Notes: generated by a model from the letters alone, not told the origin. Positions 26,266 to 40,285 are shown, counted from the stretch's first letter. The stretch: DNA of 64,000 nucleotides from Octopus vulgaris (GCA_951406725.2 OX597819.1:89280001-89344000), one strand, 5' to 3'. Numbers and translations: made by a program.

Positions 26266-27894
26266 TATATATATATGATGAGCTTCCAAACAGCTTCCAT
26301 CTACTAAATTAATTCACAAGACAATTAAGCAACCAAAGCTATAGTAGAAGATAATTGCTCAAGTTGCCACACTGTGGTACTGAACCCAAAACCACATGGT
26401 TGCTCAACGAGCTTCTTAATTTCACAGCCATGCAAAATATTGTTTTGTCTTGTTGTTTTTTTATCATTCTATATAATGTTCTTGTTATTCAGCCCAAGGT
26501 CGATGTCATCAGCTTACCTCCTCCCCTCAAATTTCAGGGCTTGTGCCTATAGTAGAAAAGATTATTATTCCATTTAGAATTATCAATCTCAATCATACAC
26601 TATACATTTGTATGTATGTTCATTTCTTTAGATTTTGAAATAAAATAATTTCATGCTTCACTAAACAAGGTGTCAGGCCCCTCATGGGAATTACCTACTT
26701 CCCTACTAAATTATCTCTTATGTCCCCACTGCCCTTTAGGATATAAATTCTACATGCTGAGAATTACCATGTTAGAGTTTCAATCTACCAGCAGAAGAGC
26801 ATATGTTTTGTAGCTTATTGGCAATGTTGCACTGGATGCCCAAGGAAAATATACAAACTCTCAAAACTGCATTGTGTAATTAAGGCAATGTTTCATTGAA
26901 ATATAGTGATGAGCTAAAATGTTCTAAAGATCAAATCCAATTACTTAGACTGTCAACTGGCACTCTGTCAATTCCAGTTGATCTGATCAATGGAACTGTC
27001 TCCTCATGAAATTAACATGCAAGTGGCTGAGAACTCCACAGACATGTGTACCTCTAAAGCAGTTCTCAGGAAGAGTTAGTGTGACACAGAATGTGTCAAG
27101 GCTGGCCCTTTGGATTACAGGTACAATTCATTTTTGCCAGCTGAGTGGACTGGAGCAATGTGAAATAAAGTGGCCTGCTCAAGGAAACAATGCGCCACCA
27201 GGGATTGAAATCATGACCTCGTGGTCATGAGCCAGATACCTTAACCATGAAGCCAAGTGTCTTCACTTTGACTGTTGTAGGTTGACTGAAATGACAAAAG
27301 TTGCTGAGTGTCTTTGTTATAAACACAATATAGTTCTTCTGATGGCGTGTGGACCATAGAAACTTATGACTCCAACTACTGAACAAGTTGATAATCTATT
27401 GCAGACTCCCAATGATGTTATTTCTGTTTTAATTGAGTAAAAAAGGAAACTGAAATACTTAGTAAGAATTACAAATTTCTCATAAAACATTTCGAATAAA
27501 TATATTGTCATGTTAAACTATATTGCCATGTGATCGTGTGATATTAGACAGCCTGAAATTAGAGAGATAAATCACTCTGCAATATTTATAAGCAAACAAA
27601 AAAAAGAGGGAACAATGTGTTGACAGTGAGAACTTTCAATGGTCATAACTAGCAAGCTAACATTTGTGTTTATAGATAGCTTTGTAAGTTGACCATAATG
27701 AAGGCATGTGGCATAGTGGTTAGGGTATTCAGTTCAAGATCATAAGGTTGTAAGTTCAATTCCTGGCAACACATTGTGTCCTTGAGCAAGACACTTTATT
27801 TCACATTGCTCCAGACAAAAATGAGTTGTACCTGTATTTTAAAGGGCCTTGTCACATTCTGGGTCACGATGAATCTCCCTGAGAACTACATTAA

Positions 27895-28113
27895 CCCTTT
27901 TGTGTTACCATATTTCTTTTGAGACACTCTGCGCTTCTTTCAATTAATTTTAAATATAAAAAAAGAATTTAGTAAAATAACTCAGCTATCATTAAGCTAG
28001 TGTTAGGAACATAAACTGTGACTAAGGTTTGATGGAAGATTTTAATTCAAGACTTATGAAAACAAGACATTTGTACTACAGAGCCAGAGGCAGGTGGCTT
28101 GGTATCATAAGGG
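27895..28113. mobile_element. TTAA MITE nested in a family A SINE
   Basis: The SINE sequence ctacaTTAA|gggta is split by CCCTTT...AAGGG with TTAA duplicated. Confidence 0.8.
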
Positions 28114-29566
28114 TTAAGGGTATGCATGTTTGAGGAGCACTCAGCCACTTGCCCATTAATTTCACAAGTAGCCTGTTCCATTGATCAGATCAATTGGAAC
28201 ACTCATCATCATAACTGACAGTGTCCATTTTTCTTTAGTTACTTTTAAGTTGACTATGGCCTATGATATTCCTTCATAATTATGAAATTAATTATTATTA
28301 ACCTTTTTGTATATATCATTGGCATCATCATCATTTTAGCACAAACTTTTCCATGCTTTTCTGGCATGGGTGAGACAGAATTTGTTGAGGCAGATTTTCT
28401 ATGGCCAGATGCCCTTCCTGTAACTGATCCCTACCTGTTTCTAAGTAGGTTAATATTTCTCCTTAACGAGACACGTTTTCACAGAAGACTGGAAATGAAA
28501 GACACAGCTTGCATGACAGAGACGTTTGTCTACAACCATCATGTGATGTCAGAAAGAGGCAAAAACACACACACACACATATATACACATACACACAAGC
28601 AGAGTAGCTAGTTAGAAAATCTCAATAAGAGATGTTAGTTGTAACTATACTGAGAAGTAATGTTTATCGCCACACCAATATGGCTGCTTGACATTACTAG
28701 TATTTTAACTTCTGGGAGATACCCCGCCAGCTGGTTACAAATGCAATCTTCACTCTACATATATTGCAAGCAGGGGAGAGAACCTATCATCTAGCAGACA
28801 ATGAGATCATGAGAATATTCTGAATGCAAAAGGGTTAAGCGCTTTGCTCCTATGGAGCATAGGCTATAAATGACTTTTCTCCAATGTTCTCAACTCAAGG
28901 CTATCTTCAGAGCCACTCCTTCAGTATGGGAGTGAAGGCACCCCCTGAGGGAAGGCCTTCCTCTCTTAGGTCTTATCGGTTTTGAACTGTTATCGATTCT
29001 TCTGTAACTTTGCTTGTTTTTTTCCAGGTATGGGTGTTGGCCCTAAGCAAATCCGTTTTTACCTCTGAGAACAAGTGAACCATATTAGTGTGGCCTCTCT
29101 CCTTTAACCTGCTCAGCATGGGAGGGCCCCTATGAGGCACTTGTGATCCACTGGCATAGGCTCTCAGGGACTTTGTGGTACATAAACCGCCACACTACAA
29201 TAAAGTCTGGACTTTGTGGTGAATATTTCATGCAGTGAACCAAAAGAAAAAAATTTCAATTTAAATCATACCTGCAATGGGGTGGAACTGGAATAGGATA
29301 GGGGAGGGGAATAACCATTAGCTTAATCTTTTATCTTCTATTTGTTTCAGTCATTTGACTGCAGCCATGCTGGGCCACTGCCTTGAATTTTTACTCGAAT
29401 GAATGAATCAGCCATAGTACCCAACCTCTTAATCCCGGCACCCACTCCATCGGTGTCCCCTGCCAAATTGTTAAGTTGCAGGAACCCAAACATACCAACA
29501 CTGGTTGTCAAGTGATCGAAGTGGGACAAACACAAAGGCACACATACATATATTTATACATATATA

Positions 29567-30451
29567 CAGGGTGTGATGGGTAAATTATTGCCATTATATA
29601 TTTTTAATTTCGCGCATGTGTATAGTTTGTTCTTGATTTTGTCAACTACACAGTATAGTAGAGTTAGCTGGGCACTGTCTGTGAGAGAAACAGCACCATG
29701 ATGCAATTCATTCTGTCAGAAATTTGGAAACAATATGCTGCACTGCTTGACTTTCACGCCGGAAGCTCCAATACGAACAGATGTTGAACACACAGAATAA
29801 CTGTTGGCTTGCTGTGTCCCCAAAACATGTATCGAGAGTGATAAAAATCAAATATCCAGTCAACATCATGGTGTTTGGAGTGATCACTAGCGATGATGAC
29901 ATTATGCCTCCACTCAACTTCCCACACGGCCTCAGACTCAACACGGAGGCCTACATCAAGTGCCTGGAGGAGGCAGTGCTGTTCTGGGTCAAGAGGGTGG
30001 CTGCTGGGAGACCCTATGCCTGGCAACAGACTCTGCACCACGCCACACAAGTAGGAGAACCTAGTCATGGCTGTCAGACAATTTCTGCGACTACATCACC
30101 CCTAACATCTGGCCACCTAATTCCTCAGACTGCAACCGCCTTGATTATTTTGTGTGGGGTACAGTTGAGCAAGAGACCAATAAAACTCCATGTAACACTA
30201 AAGATGAACTGAAGGCAAGGATTATAGCAGCATTCACCAACTTAAACAAGGAGACCATCCAGAAGAGTTGCAGGAAATTCCGAAGTTGTCTGGAGGCTGT
30301 GGTTGATGCTTATGTTGATTTTATTTAATAAGTTTACTCTTTAGTATTCCAAAATATTTATATGTAATCTTGGTAAATACATCTGTTAAAATGAGATGTT
30401 AGTGTTATTTTAATTCTTGCATCATTTAGAAGACAATATAATCACTACACC

Positions 30452-30454
<3 letters not shown>
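29567..30454 (+). mobile_element. Tc1/mariner-superfamily transposon (maT/DD37D-like), internally deleted
   Basis: TA|CAGGGTGT...ACACCCTG|TA. Protein NIMVFGVITSD..YAWQQ(DSAP)..WPPNSSDCNRLDYFVW, with frameshift and stop. Confidence 0.88.
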
Positions 30455-30487
<33 letters not shown>

Positions 30488-30582
30488 TCAATATAGGGTG
30501 GCAAAAAAATTTTGTAGAATTCTTTTGCCACCAGCGGCTAGTGGGAAAAAATTAAATAGTCATAAACCATTTTTAAGTTCAA

Positions 30583-30787
30583 CATCACAATCAAGGAACG
30601 GCCATAATAGGCCATTCACCCACTAGAAATAACAGCCAAAAGCTTTAACCGCAAAATAACGTCAATTCCGTAAACCAGGAGAAAATTAATTTTCTCCTGG
30701 TTTACGGAATTGACGTTATTTGCGGTTAAAGCTTTTGGCTGTTATTTCTAGTGGGTGAATGGCTATTATGGCCGTTCCTGATTGTGA

Positions 30788-30789
<2 letters not shown>
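30583..30789. repeat. Spacerless palindrome, ~103-bp arms, centre 30687/30688
   Basis: ..ccgtaaaccaggagaaaatt|aattttctcctggtttacgg..; the arms differ only by three single-base homopolymer indels. Confidence 0.95.
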
Positions 30790-30832
<43 letters not shown>

Positions 30833-32169
30833 TGACAGGCTTCTTTCAGTTTCCATCCACCAAACCCACTCACAAGGCTTTGGTTGGCTCAAGGCTATAG
30901 TAGAAGACACTTGCCCAAGGTACCGCACAGTGGGACTGAATGTAGAACCATGTGGTCAGAAAGCAAGCTTCTTCCATGTAGCCATGTCTGCTCCTATGAT
31001 TAATTCTGGTCAAAAGAGACAACATCGAAATTTAAATTAATTAAAAATTGAAAGCTAGAATGCAATGGGGACTAAGTCTAATTTGTGGCAAGTACAGGGG
31101 TTATTACAGACATATTTCAGTCCTTATTAAACTTCCTCAAAGAAACAAGTATTGGACTCATTTTCATCCATTCACTTTCTAATTAATCTAAATTTACAGT
31201 TGCCTCCTTTGTCTTTCTAAGTCCAAGTCAACTAATGGCAGTTTGTTTTTGTCATTTTGTTTTCATCTCACTAAGTTAAGTTAGCACAGACTTCACTTCA
31301 CCACTTGGCTTTCATGCAGAAGAAGTCCCAGGGAAATTATCTCTCCTGCACTCCCCCTACCACTCCTGCCCTTCAACTCCAATCACACAGCTGTTTTTTT
31401 TTTTTTTCTAAAGAGATTCAATTACTAGTACTTTGGCAAGTTATGAGAAATATCTTCTTTCAGTATCAACAAGTACATAACCTCATCTAGTAAGCAATAC
31501 TTCCCTCACTCTCTCCCCTTATATCCTCCTCATGCTGTTTCGATCAAGTTTAACCCATCTGTTGCAGGACGTGCTCGATAGAGAAAACTGATTAATTAAG
31601 ATGCATTAAGTCAGTGTTTCTCATGGAGAGGATTTCTAGGGGACAAATAATGAACTGCTTTCTTTTATCCTTTTCCTTGTTTCCGTCACTGGACTGTGGC
31701 CATGCTAGAGTATCGCTTAGAAGAGTTTAGTCAAACAAACTGAGCCCAATATTTTTTTTGTCTTTTAAAACCTGGTACTACTTATTCTGTCAGTCTCTTT
31801 TTCTGAACACTAAGTTATAAGGATGTAAACAAACCAACACTGGTTGTCAAGTAATAGTGGGGGACAAACACAAATATATATACCTATATATATATATATA
31901 TATGTATATACATACATACATACACACACACACATATATATATATACATACACACACACATATATATACATATATACACACACACACACATATATATATA
32001 TATACACACATACATACATGGCTGTGTGGTAAGAAGCTTGCTTCTCAACCACATGGTTCCAGGTTCAGTCCCACTGCATGGTACCTTGGGCAAGTGTCTT
32101 CTACTATAGCCTCGGGCTGACCAAGACCTTGTAAGTGGATTTGGTAGACAGAAACTGAAAGAAAACCCT

Positions 32170-33572
32170 CGTCATCATCATTTAACGTCTGTTGTCCATG
32201 CTGGCATGGGTTTGATGGTTTGACCAGGGCTGGCAAGCTGGAAGTTTGCATCAGACACCAGTCCATTTTGGCATGGTTTTTATGGCCGGATACCCTTCCT
32301 AACACCAACCACTCCGAGAGTGTAATGGGTGCCAGTTATGTGACACCAGCATCAGCCATGACTGCGATTTCACTTGGCTTGACAGGTCTTCTCAAGCACA
32401 GCATATCACCAATGGTCTCAGTCACTAGTCATTGCCTTTGTGAGGCTGTAAGTTCGAGGATCATGCTTCACCACCTTATACCATGTCTTCCTGGGTCTTC
32501 CTTCACCACAGGTTCCTTCCACAGTTAGGAATCAGCACTTCTTTATGCAGCTGTCCTTGTCCATATGCATCACATGACCATACTGACGCATTCATCTCTC
32601 TTGCACACCACATCTGATGCCTCTTATGCCTAACTTTTCTCTCAAGATGCTTACACTCTGTCGAACATGCACACTGATAATGTACATCTAGTGAAACATA
32701 CTGGCTTCATTTCTTTCAAGCCTACACATGTCCTTGGCTGCCACAGCCCATGTTTCACTGCCATGTAGCATAGATGTTCACACACAGGTATCATATAATC
32801 TGCCTTTCACTCTGAGAGAGGCTCTTTGTAGCCAGCAGAGGCAGGAGCTCTCTAAACTTTGCCCAGCCTAACCTTATTCTGACAGCTATGCTTTTGGTGC
32901 ATCCACCTCTACTACTAACTTAGTCACCTAGATAACAGAACCCATCTTCTACCTCTAACTTACCCCCATGGCAGTTGATGGAGTCTATTTTCTGTAAATT
33001 TTTGTTATTTATTGTACCTGTGCACCTACCACACACAAAAGCTATTTTCCCTGTTAGCCTTCCTCTGATATTGCTGCACTTTTTATGTGTCCAAAGCTTA
33101 CACCAGGTGCATCATACAAAGTTACTACCTACACCTATTCTACAGATCAAGCAGGGCCATCTACCTGAAGGGAGTTGTGATTTGTCTGCCATCCTATTTA
33201 CTAAGATTTCGGTTTTTGCTAGGTTAACTCTAAGGCTCTTTGAATCCAGACCTTGCCTCCATACCTAGAATTTCTTCTCTAGTGCTGGTAGTGAATCAGC
33301 TATAAGAACAAGGTCATCAGTATAGAGGAGCTCCCAGGAGCAGCCTGTCTTAAATTCCTTTGTTATTGCTTGGAGGACTATGATGAACAAGAGGAGGCTG
33401 AGGACTGATCCTTGGTGAACCCCTACTTGTACCCTAAATTCTTCACTGTATTCATTTCCAACCCTCACCTTACTGGTAGCATCCCTGTATATGACTTGTA
33501 CAACTCTCATCAACCACTCGTTTCTGCATGACCACCGGACAAGGAATCAGGGGACCCTGTCAAAAGCTTTTC
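32170..33572 (-). mobile_element. 5'-truncated RTE LINE (RT domain to (GAT)n tail)
   Basis: EKAFDRVP, EEFRVQVGVHQGSVLSLLLF, LLYTDDLVL and MLHGSETW, continuing into the shared 3' tail. Confidence 0.9.
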
Positions 33573-34249
33573 TCACACCTTTAATTGCTTCATTCATCTA
33601 ACCCATATTACTAACATGTACTTTCGTAACCTGTAATTATTTAGATTAATACTTCAAATAACTTTCAAATTGTAATTCTCCAAAACCTTAGTTTCTCTCC
33701 CCATTTCATAATGTTTTCATCACTGTTCTCTAAAATTCGTAAGCAGTCTTGTTTTACTTATGTCTCTCATTGTTGCCATGTTTCTCCCATTCATAGGCAC
33801 TCTTGTTTTAAACTGGTCATTGCTTGTCTGCGATGTGCCCACCCATCTCGCTCCCACAACCTGTACTGGAAACACCTACAGAGCTCAGCCTCACTTCACT
33901 ACTGGAAGTCTTGCATACCTCCATCACTCCCTCACTCTCTCCTTCCCTCTACCAACAATCGCCCACACTACCACTGCATGCACCAAAAGATGATATGTTA
34001 TTTAGTAAATTATTAGCAAATTAACAAACCACATACCTCTATATATAATGGACTAACCAATAGCAGATCATTTATATAATTAATTTATACATTGACCTAT
34101 TTATATTTGCAACAGTAATGCTTATATTTACAATGCTACTCCTCACCAATAGGGACAACAATTTTAATATGTTTGATTGATGGTAAGATAAAGTGAGACT
34201 AACTGATGTGACATGTCTATTACCAAATGATTGCTGAAACCTTTTCAGG

Positions 34250-35172
34250 TGTCCAAAACCATCTCCCCTGCCCATGTTCCTTTCCCAGTTCTCAGCATTG
34301 GCACTGTCAATGTAGACACACTGAAAGGTAGGTCTAGCGAGATTGTCGAGATGCTTGAATGGAGGCATGTTGTGGTATGCTGTATCCAAGAGGTAAGGTG
34401 GAAAGGAGCTTCAACCAGGTTCCTCACAGGCAAGACACATAGGTATAAAATCTTCTGGGAAGGTAACAGTGATAGGGTAGGTGGTGTGGGCATACTTCTT
34501 GCAAAGAAATGGGAAGATAGGTCATAGAGGTAGTTAGAAGAGTGAGTGATAGAGTGCTTAAGTTCAGGCTAGTCTTGCAGAATAGCATAGCCACCTACCA
34601 AATGAATGGAAGGACCATTTTTATAATATTTTTTGGCAGGCTACCTCTAAGATGAATGACGAGGATCTCATCTTCGTGGCTGGTGATTTCAATAGGCATG
34701 TTGGACAGTGGCTCAGCATTTTCCATGGTGTGCATGGGGACCATGGAATTGGTTCCTGAAATAAAGAGGGAACAAGACTACTGGAGTTCTGTAATGCAAA
34801 TAACTTATTGACCTGCAATACCAATTAGGTGGCTATGCTAGCCAGATTGATTACATTCTCACCCGGTAGCAGGATGCATGGTTGCTCTTAAATACAAAGA
34901 CCCTCCCTAATAAAGAATGTTTTCCCTAGCATAGACTAGTCATCAGTGATTTTAGACTCCAGGCCAGAAGGATGCCAAGAAGTAGACCAATCTGGAAAAG
35001 AAGGATTTGGAAGCTTAAAGACCCATTATTTGTTCAGAGATTTAGGGACATCCTAATTAAGAAATTTAATGAGAGAGGAGCTACAAACTTATGACACAGA
35101 GGGCAACTGGGAACTCCTGCTGGACAGCTTGCTGAGTGCCACAAACCAAATCTGTGGGCAGTGCAAAGTCCC
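34250..35172 (+). mobile_element. RTE LINE apurinic endonuclease fragment
   Basis: IGTVNVDTLKGRSSEIVEML..CCIQEVRWKG..GGVGILL, AGDFNRHVG and SQIDYIL. Confidence 0.9.
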
Positions 35173-35899
35173 ATATATATATATACATATGTGTGTGTGT
35201 ATTTTTTTGTCTGTGTTTGTCCTCCCCCCACCACTGCTTACCAATGGTATGCTTATGTCCCTGTAACCTAGCAGTTTGGCAAAAGAGATCAACAGAATAA
35301 GTACCATGCATAAAAAAAATAAGTACTTGGGTTGATTCATTCAACTAAAAATTCATGGTGGTGCCCCAGCATGGCTGCAGTCTAATGACTGAAACAAGTA
35401 AAAGATAAAAGCTATGCATATATACATGTGTGTATTTACACACACATATCTATATATACATATGCATATACATGTGTGTATGTGTGTGTGTGCGATGTGC
35501 TTCCTTCAGTTTCCATCTACCAAATCCAGTCACAAGGCTTTGGTTGACTCAAGGGTATTAAAATAATTCCAAACTTTTTAAACTTGTCCAACACCATGTT
35601 CGAAGAAAGAAGAATTATATGGATGCAAACTGTCTCTTGTTTTCTCATTAACACTTTGCTTCACCTGTGTATCAGTGAGTACAATCTTAGGTACACACTG
35701 TTTGAAGAAAGAGAAAAGGATATTCACGGCAGGAATACTTTTGATGGTGGGCCTGCTAGATTAGGACTGGCTCATGGCTAAAACAAAAACAAAAACAATA
35801 CATTCTATTTATGCATTCAGCATTAGGAAGTTCTATAGTTTCAACTTCTATGTCTTGATTTTGTGCAAAAGAAAAGAAACTATTTCAGGTCTTGAATCG

Positions 35900-36230
35900 A
35901 TATAGGGTTGTGAAATTCCAAACGTTGTGAATTTATCGCAGCCACTACCGGTCCTCGCAGGGAAATAAAATAAATAACCACAGTATTATACAATTGGCTT
36001 GCACAGTATGTAATCTACTTAGAATGATAATCGACCCGCGAGTCAATTCAATCCGAATTGTTTAAACAATGAGTTGGTGTATCGCTAGATAGACCTATTA
36101 TCGTAAACGAACACGTAATCTTCTGATCAATTTGCTTCTAGTATTTTTCTTCGACATGACGTGTAGCGGAAGTGACAGTCAAGTTTCGCAGCTATCAACT
36201 ACCTTGACAGGATACAGGTGTGATTTTATG
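35900..36230. promoter_or_regulatory. Candidate promoter at the left edge of the CpG-retaining domain
   Basis: Unique CpG-rich DNA with an adjacent CRE-like TGACGT (~36157) and ETS-type CGGAAGTG (~36167). Confidence 0.4.
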
Positions 36231-37511
36231 TCATGCTTCATTGTTCTCATTTGTTTTCTCCGTAAAATAAAATGTTTAAAATCATCGTTGTCGTTATCGT
36301 CATTCTTATCGACATCGTCATCATCATCATTGTTTCTTTATTTTATGCTAGCAAGTATTTTAAGCTAAACATTCCTTTTTATTCATCAGCCCTCACTTTT
36401 TTCTCTCTTGGTCTCAACTACATTTACAGAAACTATACAGTAATCGATTTGTGTCGATCAAACGAACATTTTAAAACATCTTGCGATCGATTTTCTGCCA
36501 ATAGTATTCAATCTGTGAAAACTGATTGCGAAATGCTTTCACACCTCAAGCGCACTCAAAAGTTAACTGACCGTGTCGTAATGTTTAGCTTGCCAATTTT
36601 GTTTTTCTACTGCAGTGTATGAGTAGCCATTAAAAGACTATTAAGTAAAAACATCACTCACTAGTCGTTTTATTTACAATTTTAAACAACAAATTTACAT
36701 TATTCTGTTGTTGGCTCTACAACAATCTAGATAAACTTGTCGAATATACAAAGCATCCCCGTCCCGATCTCATGATTTAGAGATTAACTTGCATTTGGTA
36801 GACTTCTATATCAGTGGCTAAAATATAAACTGCCAAAAAAAAATATATATATAAAAACGGAGGAATAAATATATATCTCTCACACCAGAGTGATAAATTG
36901 TCCAACAGGCTGACCTTTTGTGGTCGGAGGTATTCATCAACGAATGATCAAGGAGAAACTGATATTGCGATTTTCATGCTTATAATCGGCGTATTATTTA
37001 TTATTGAAAAACTGGGCCTTCGGATTCGTTTGTGTAACTTTTATGGCAATAAATTATCTTAATTCTATCCAGGTTTTCTGTAACTGTAGCTTGACAGTTA
37101 TAGACTTAAGAATTTTTATATCCAAACTTCCTTTGTAGCAATCGTTATATGATAGAATTTACATAAAAGTGACAATAACAATAATACTTTCTACAGTAGG
37201 CACAAAGCCTGAAAATTTAGGGACGGAGTCTATACGGATACGACAACCCCAGTGCTTGATTAGTACTTCTTTTATCGGCCCTGAAAAGATGAAAGGCAAA
37301 AATCAACCTCTACGGAATTCGAACTTAGACTGTAAAGCCGGGAGAAATGCTAACTATTTTCTCTGGCGCGGTAACAATTCTGCCAGCTTGTCTCCTTTAA
37401 ATGACTTTCTACAATATGCACAAGGCTTGAACCTTTGCGTGTGTGTGTGAATGAGATGAGAGTAAGTCGATTAGATTGAGCCCGGTGTACAATAGATACT
37501 TTATTTTATCG

Positions 37512-37822
37512 GGATCTTTTCCTTTTGAACGGCAGTTTTCAACACAATTTCTAGTTAACTAAACACTTTAAAACTTCGTATACTGGAAGAATGTGTCAAA
37601 ATAAAACATTTTTTCTCTTGGCTTTCTTGATAAATTTGTAATTCGTTTGTTTAACGTAGTTTAATTTTTCGAATTTTAACCAATGAATTGCCTCTAATTG
37701 AGCTAAAATCATTTGCTGCGTCTAAAACTGAGACAACATCCTGTCACTAACCCTAACCCTAAATTTTTTTTTCTTAAGTGTTAAATTAATTTAATTGTTA
37801 CGCGTGTTAGGGTTAGGGTTAG
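37512..37822. mobile_element. MITE-like insertion with 8-bp TSD (TTTTATCG) inside a family C SINE; right end is telomeric repeat
   Basis: Left end GGATCTTTTC..TTTGAACGGCAGTTTT matches the TIR of 38583-38980. TSD at 37504-37511 and 37823-37830. Confidence 0.75.
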
Positions 37823-38081
37823 TTTTATCGTCCCCGAAAGGATGAAAGGCGAAGTCGAATCCAGCAGAATTCAAACTCAGAATGTAAAGACGGACAAAAT
37901 GCTTAGCGGCATTTTGTCCAGCGTAGCAGTAACAATGATAATGAGTTGTTTAGCACCAAATCTATTCCAATTGAGCAGACCAATTATCTTAAGGTATTCA
38001 ATCCGTGACGATCTTATCATTTTTTTGTTTGTATTAGCGGTATCTAGGTCTGCCTGATATAACGTTCCGTAAATATTAAAA

Positions 38082-39014
38082 GGTAATTGTTCAGTTTAGT
38101 TATATAAAAAAGTAAATAAAATTAAGGGGAGATACATAGTAAACGAAGCAGCTTACTTTTTATACAGCATAAAGATTGGCGATCACCCACCAGAAAATGA
38201 ACAAACGTTTTCGTTTTTTCAGTGAAATTACGCCAGAGGAACTCATGCAGATATGGAACAAGCAATTCTTCCGATGTCCCAAACTATCGTCTCAAATTCC
38301 ATTTCACCCGCATCCACATTTTGTGGGTGGACATCTTGATCATGAGGATCAACAAAATGTTGGTGTATAATCACCTCGTGCATCTAGGCACCACCATTGA
38401 GGATACCGATGTCATTATATGTTCGCCATCCATCGTTGACTATGTGAGACCCTTTGTATCAGCTCAGTTAAAGTTTCTTGTGTGGTCAGGTTGTTGAGAC
38501 TATCTCTATGTCACTGAATACCCAACGTACTTTTTGCTTCTTTTACTACATATATCCCCCTTAATTTTTATTTACTTTTTTTGGATCTTTTCGGTTTGAA
38601 CGGCAGTTTTTTCTAGCGGTGTCATATGAAATTGTCACCCATAATTATGACCCTAGTATCGATCTATTAGGGGTGGGGGGGGGGGAAGGGTATCTTTTTT
38701 CTTCAGAAATGCAGACCCAATCAGTTTCTTAAACGAGGGACATATTCATACGGCACAGAATGTTTTTTTTTACCTCAATAGACGTCAGTGATTGGTTGAA
38801 ATTACAGAAATTGAAGAAAAACAACAACAAATATCTTACAAACTATAGAATTTTCTCAATAAAGCCAAGAGAAAAAGATGTTTTATAAATACATTCTACC
38901 AGTATACGTAGTTTAAAAGTGTTTAGTTACGTGGAAATTATAAAAAAAAAAAAAAACTGCCGTTCAAACCGAAAAGTTCCACTTTTTTTTATAACTAAAC
39001 CGAACAATTAACCC
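38082..39014 (-). mobile_element. Merlin (IS1595/ISXO2-like) transposon derivative with ~70-bp TIRs
   Basis: Minus strand reads GSHIVNDGWRTYNDIG..HEVIIHQHFVDPHDQDVHPQNV, then MWMRVKWNLRR*FGTSEELLVPYLHEFLWR. TIR ggtaattgttcagtttagttata; candidate 8-bp TSD tattaaaa/tattaaga. Confidence 0.8.
38583..38980. mobile_element. MITE with ~30-bp TIRs nested in the Merlin right TIR
   Basis: GGATCTTTTCGGTTTGAACGGCAGTTTT...AAAACTGCCGTTCAAACCGAAAAGTTCC with a duplicated acttttttt flank (8-9 bp). Confidence 0.85.
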
Positions 39015-40063
39015 TATTAAGATGGTAAGGTATAAATTTGAGGAAAATTTAGTAGCTATTTCTAGCAGGTCATCAAACTACGTAGACGCTGAGGTGGGGA
39101 ACCTTTTGAGCACCAAGAGCAAACTTTAAGTGCATCAGAATCTATAGTAGTGCAACTGTACCGAGCAAAATAACAACTAATTTTACAACTTATAGGTATA
39201 CACGCAACCACATTAAGCAACATTAATTAAAATGCTATAATGCATTAATTAACCAGGTAGTTTTAATGTTTTAAATACCGAAACACGGAAGCTGCTACTG
39301 AATATAACCTTCTAAATTTAATCAAACTTCTTACTTCGCATCTTAATGAGTAAGTTCAGAGATGCAAGATACAGTCGCTGATACTGCATTTCTTAGTTGT
39401 TTGCAAAATTATTACCCTTACTTTAAGACAGAAATAGTTTTGGTTAAATTTAATATTGGCAGAACCTGCTTAGATATCGAGTTCTTTAAAACAATTAATG
39501 CTTTACGTTGTGGGCGAATTCTTTTCCTTATCTAAGGACGGAAGTTGAGCTGCTTCATAAGTAGCTGAAAAAAAAAAATGTCTTTAGCATACAACACTTA
39601 TCGATACCTCTAACAATGGTTTATTTAATAAACTTCACATCCTGAAAGACTTAACACAATACCTTCTCTCCAGAAGTTACGTGCAAAGATAAAGAATGAC
39701 AAAGCATTACATTGATGGATCGAACTTGTAGTTTTAATATTTTTATTTTTATCAATGTGAAATATTTTGCTGTTCTGTTCAATCAGATTACAATTGTTTT
39801 TTCAACGTCTTCACACCATGAATGATGTTGATCCTGTGTGATAAACCTGTTACTTTTGCATTGTGTAAAAGAAAGAGGGAAAAATACCTTTCTTTTTCAA
39901 CTAAAGACGTTTGTCAAATGTTATTACTACCGAATATATGAGAAATTAAGCCCTAAATTTTACAATCCGATGTTTCAACATCTCATAAAAACTACTAAGA
40001 TTATGGAACTCATCTCATTGGATTTCGTGGGAAATAAGACTGGCTATCTCGAAACAAATACCT

Positions 40064-40285
40064 ATTTCTTTATTACCCACAAGGGTCTAAACATAGAGGG
40101 GACAAACATAGGTATTAAGTCGATTACATCGACCCCAGTGCGTAACTGGTACTTAATTTATCGATCCCGAAAGGATGAAAGGCAAAGTCGACCTCGGCGG
40201 AATTTGAACTCAAAACGTAACGGCAGACGAAATACGGCTACGCATTTCGCTCGGCGTGCTAACGTTTCTGCCAGCTCGCCGCCTT
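40064..40285 (-). mobile_element. Young family C SINE with 17-bp TSD
   Basis: tctcgaaacaaatacct at 40047-40063 and 40286-40302; CpGs retained. Confidence 0.9.

Noticed and set aside
27275-27445. Possible exon (minus EITSLGVCNRLSTCSVVGVISFYGPHAIRR)
   Set aside because: In-frame stops on both strands, no clear donor and no recognised homology.
32170-35172. Divergent RTE RT and endonuclease pieces as one 5'-inverted insertion
   Set aside because: Orientation is compatible, but ~680 bp of unrelated DNA separates them and I found no TSD.
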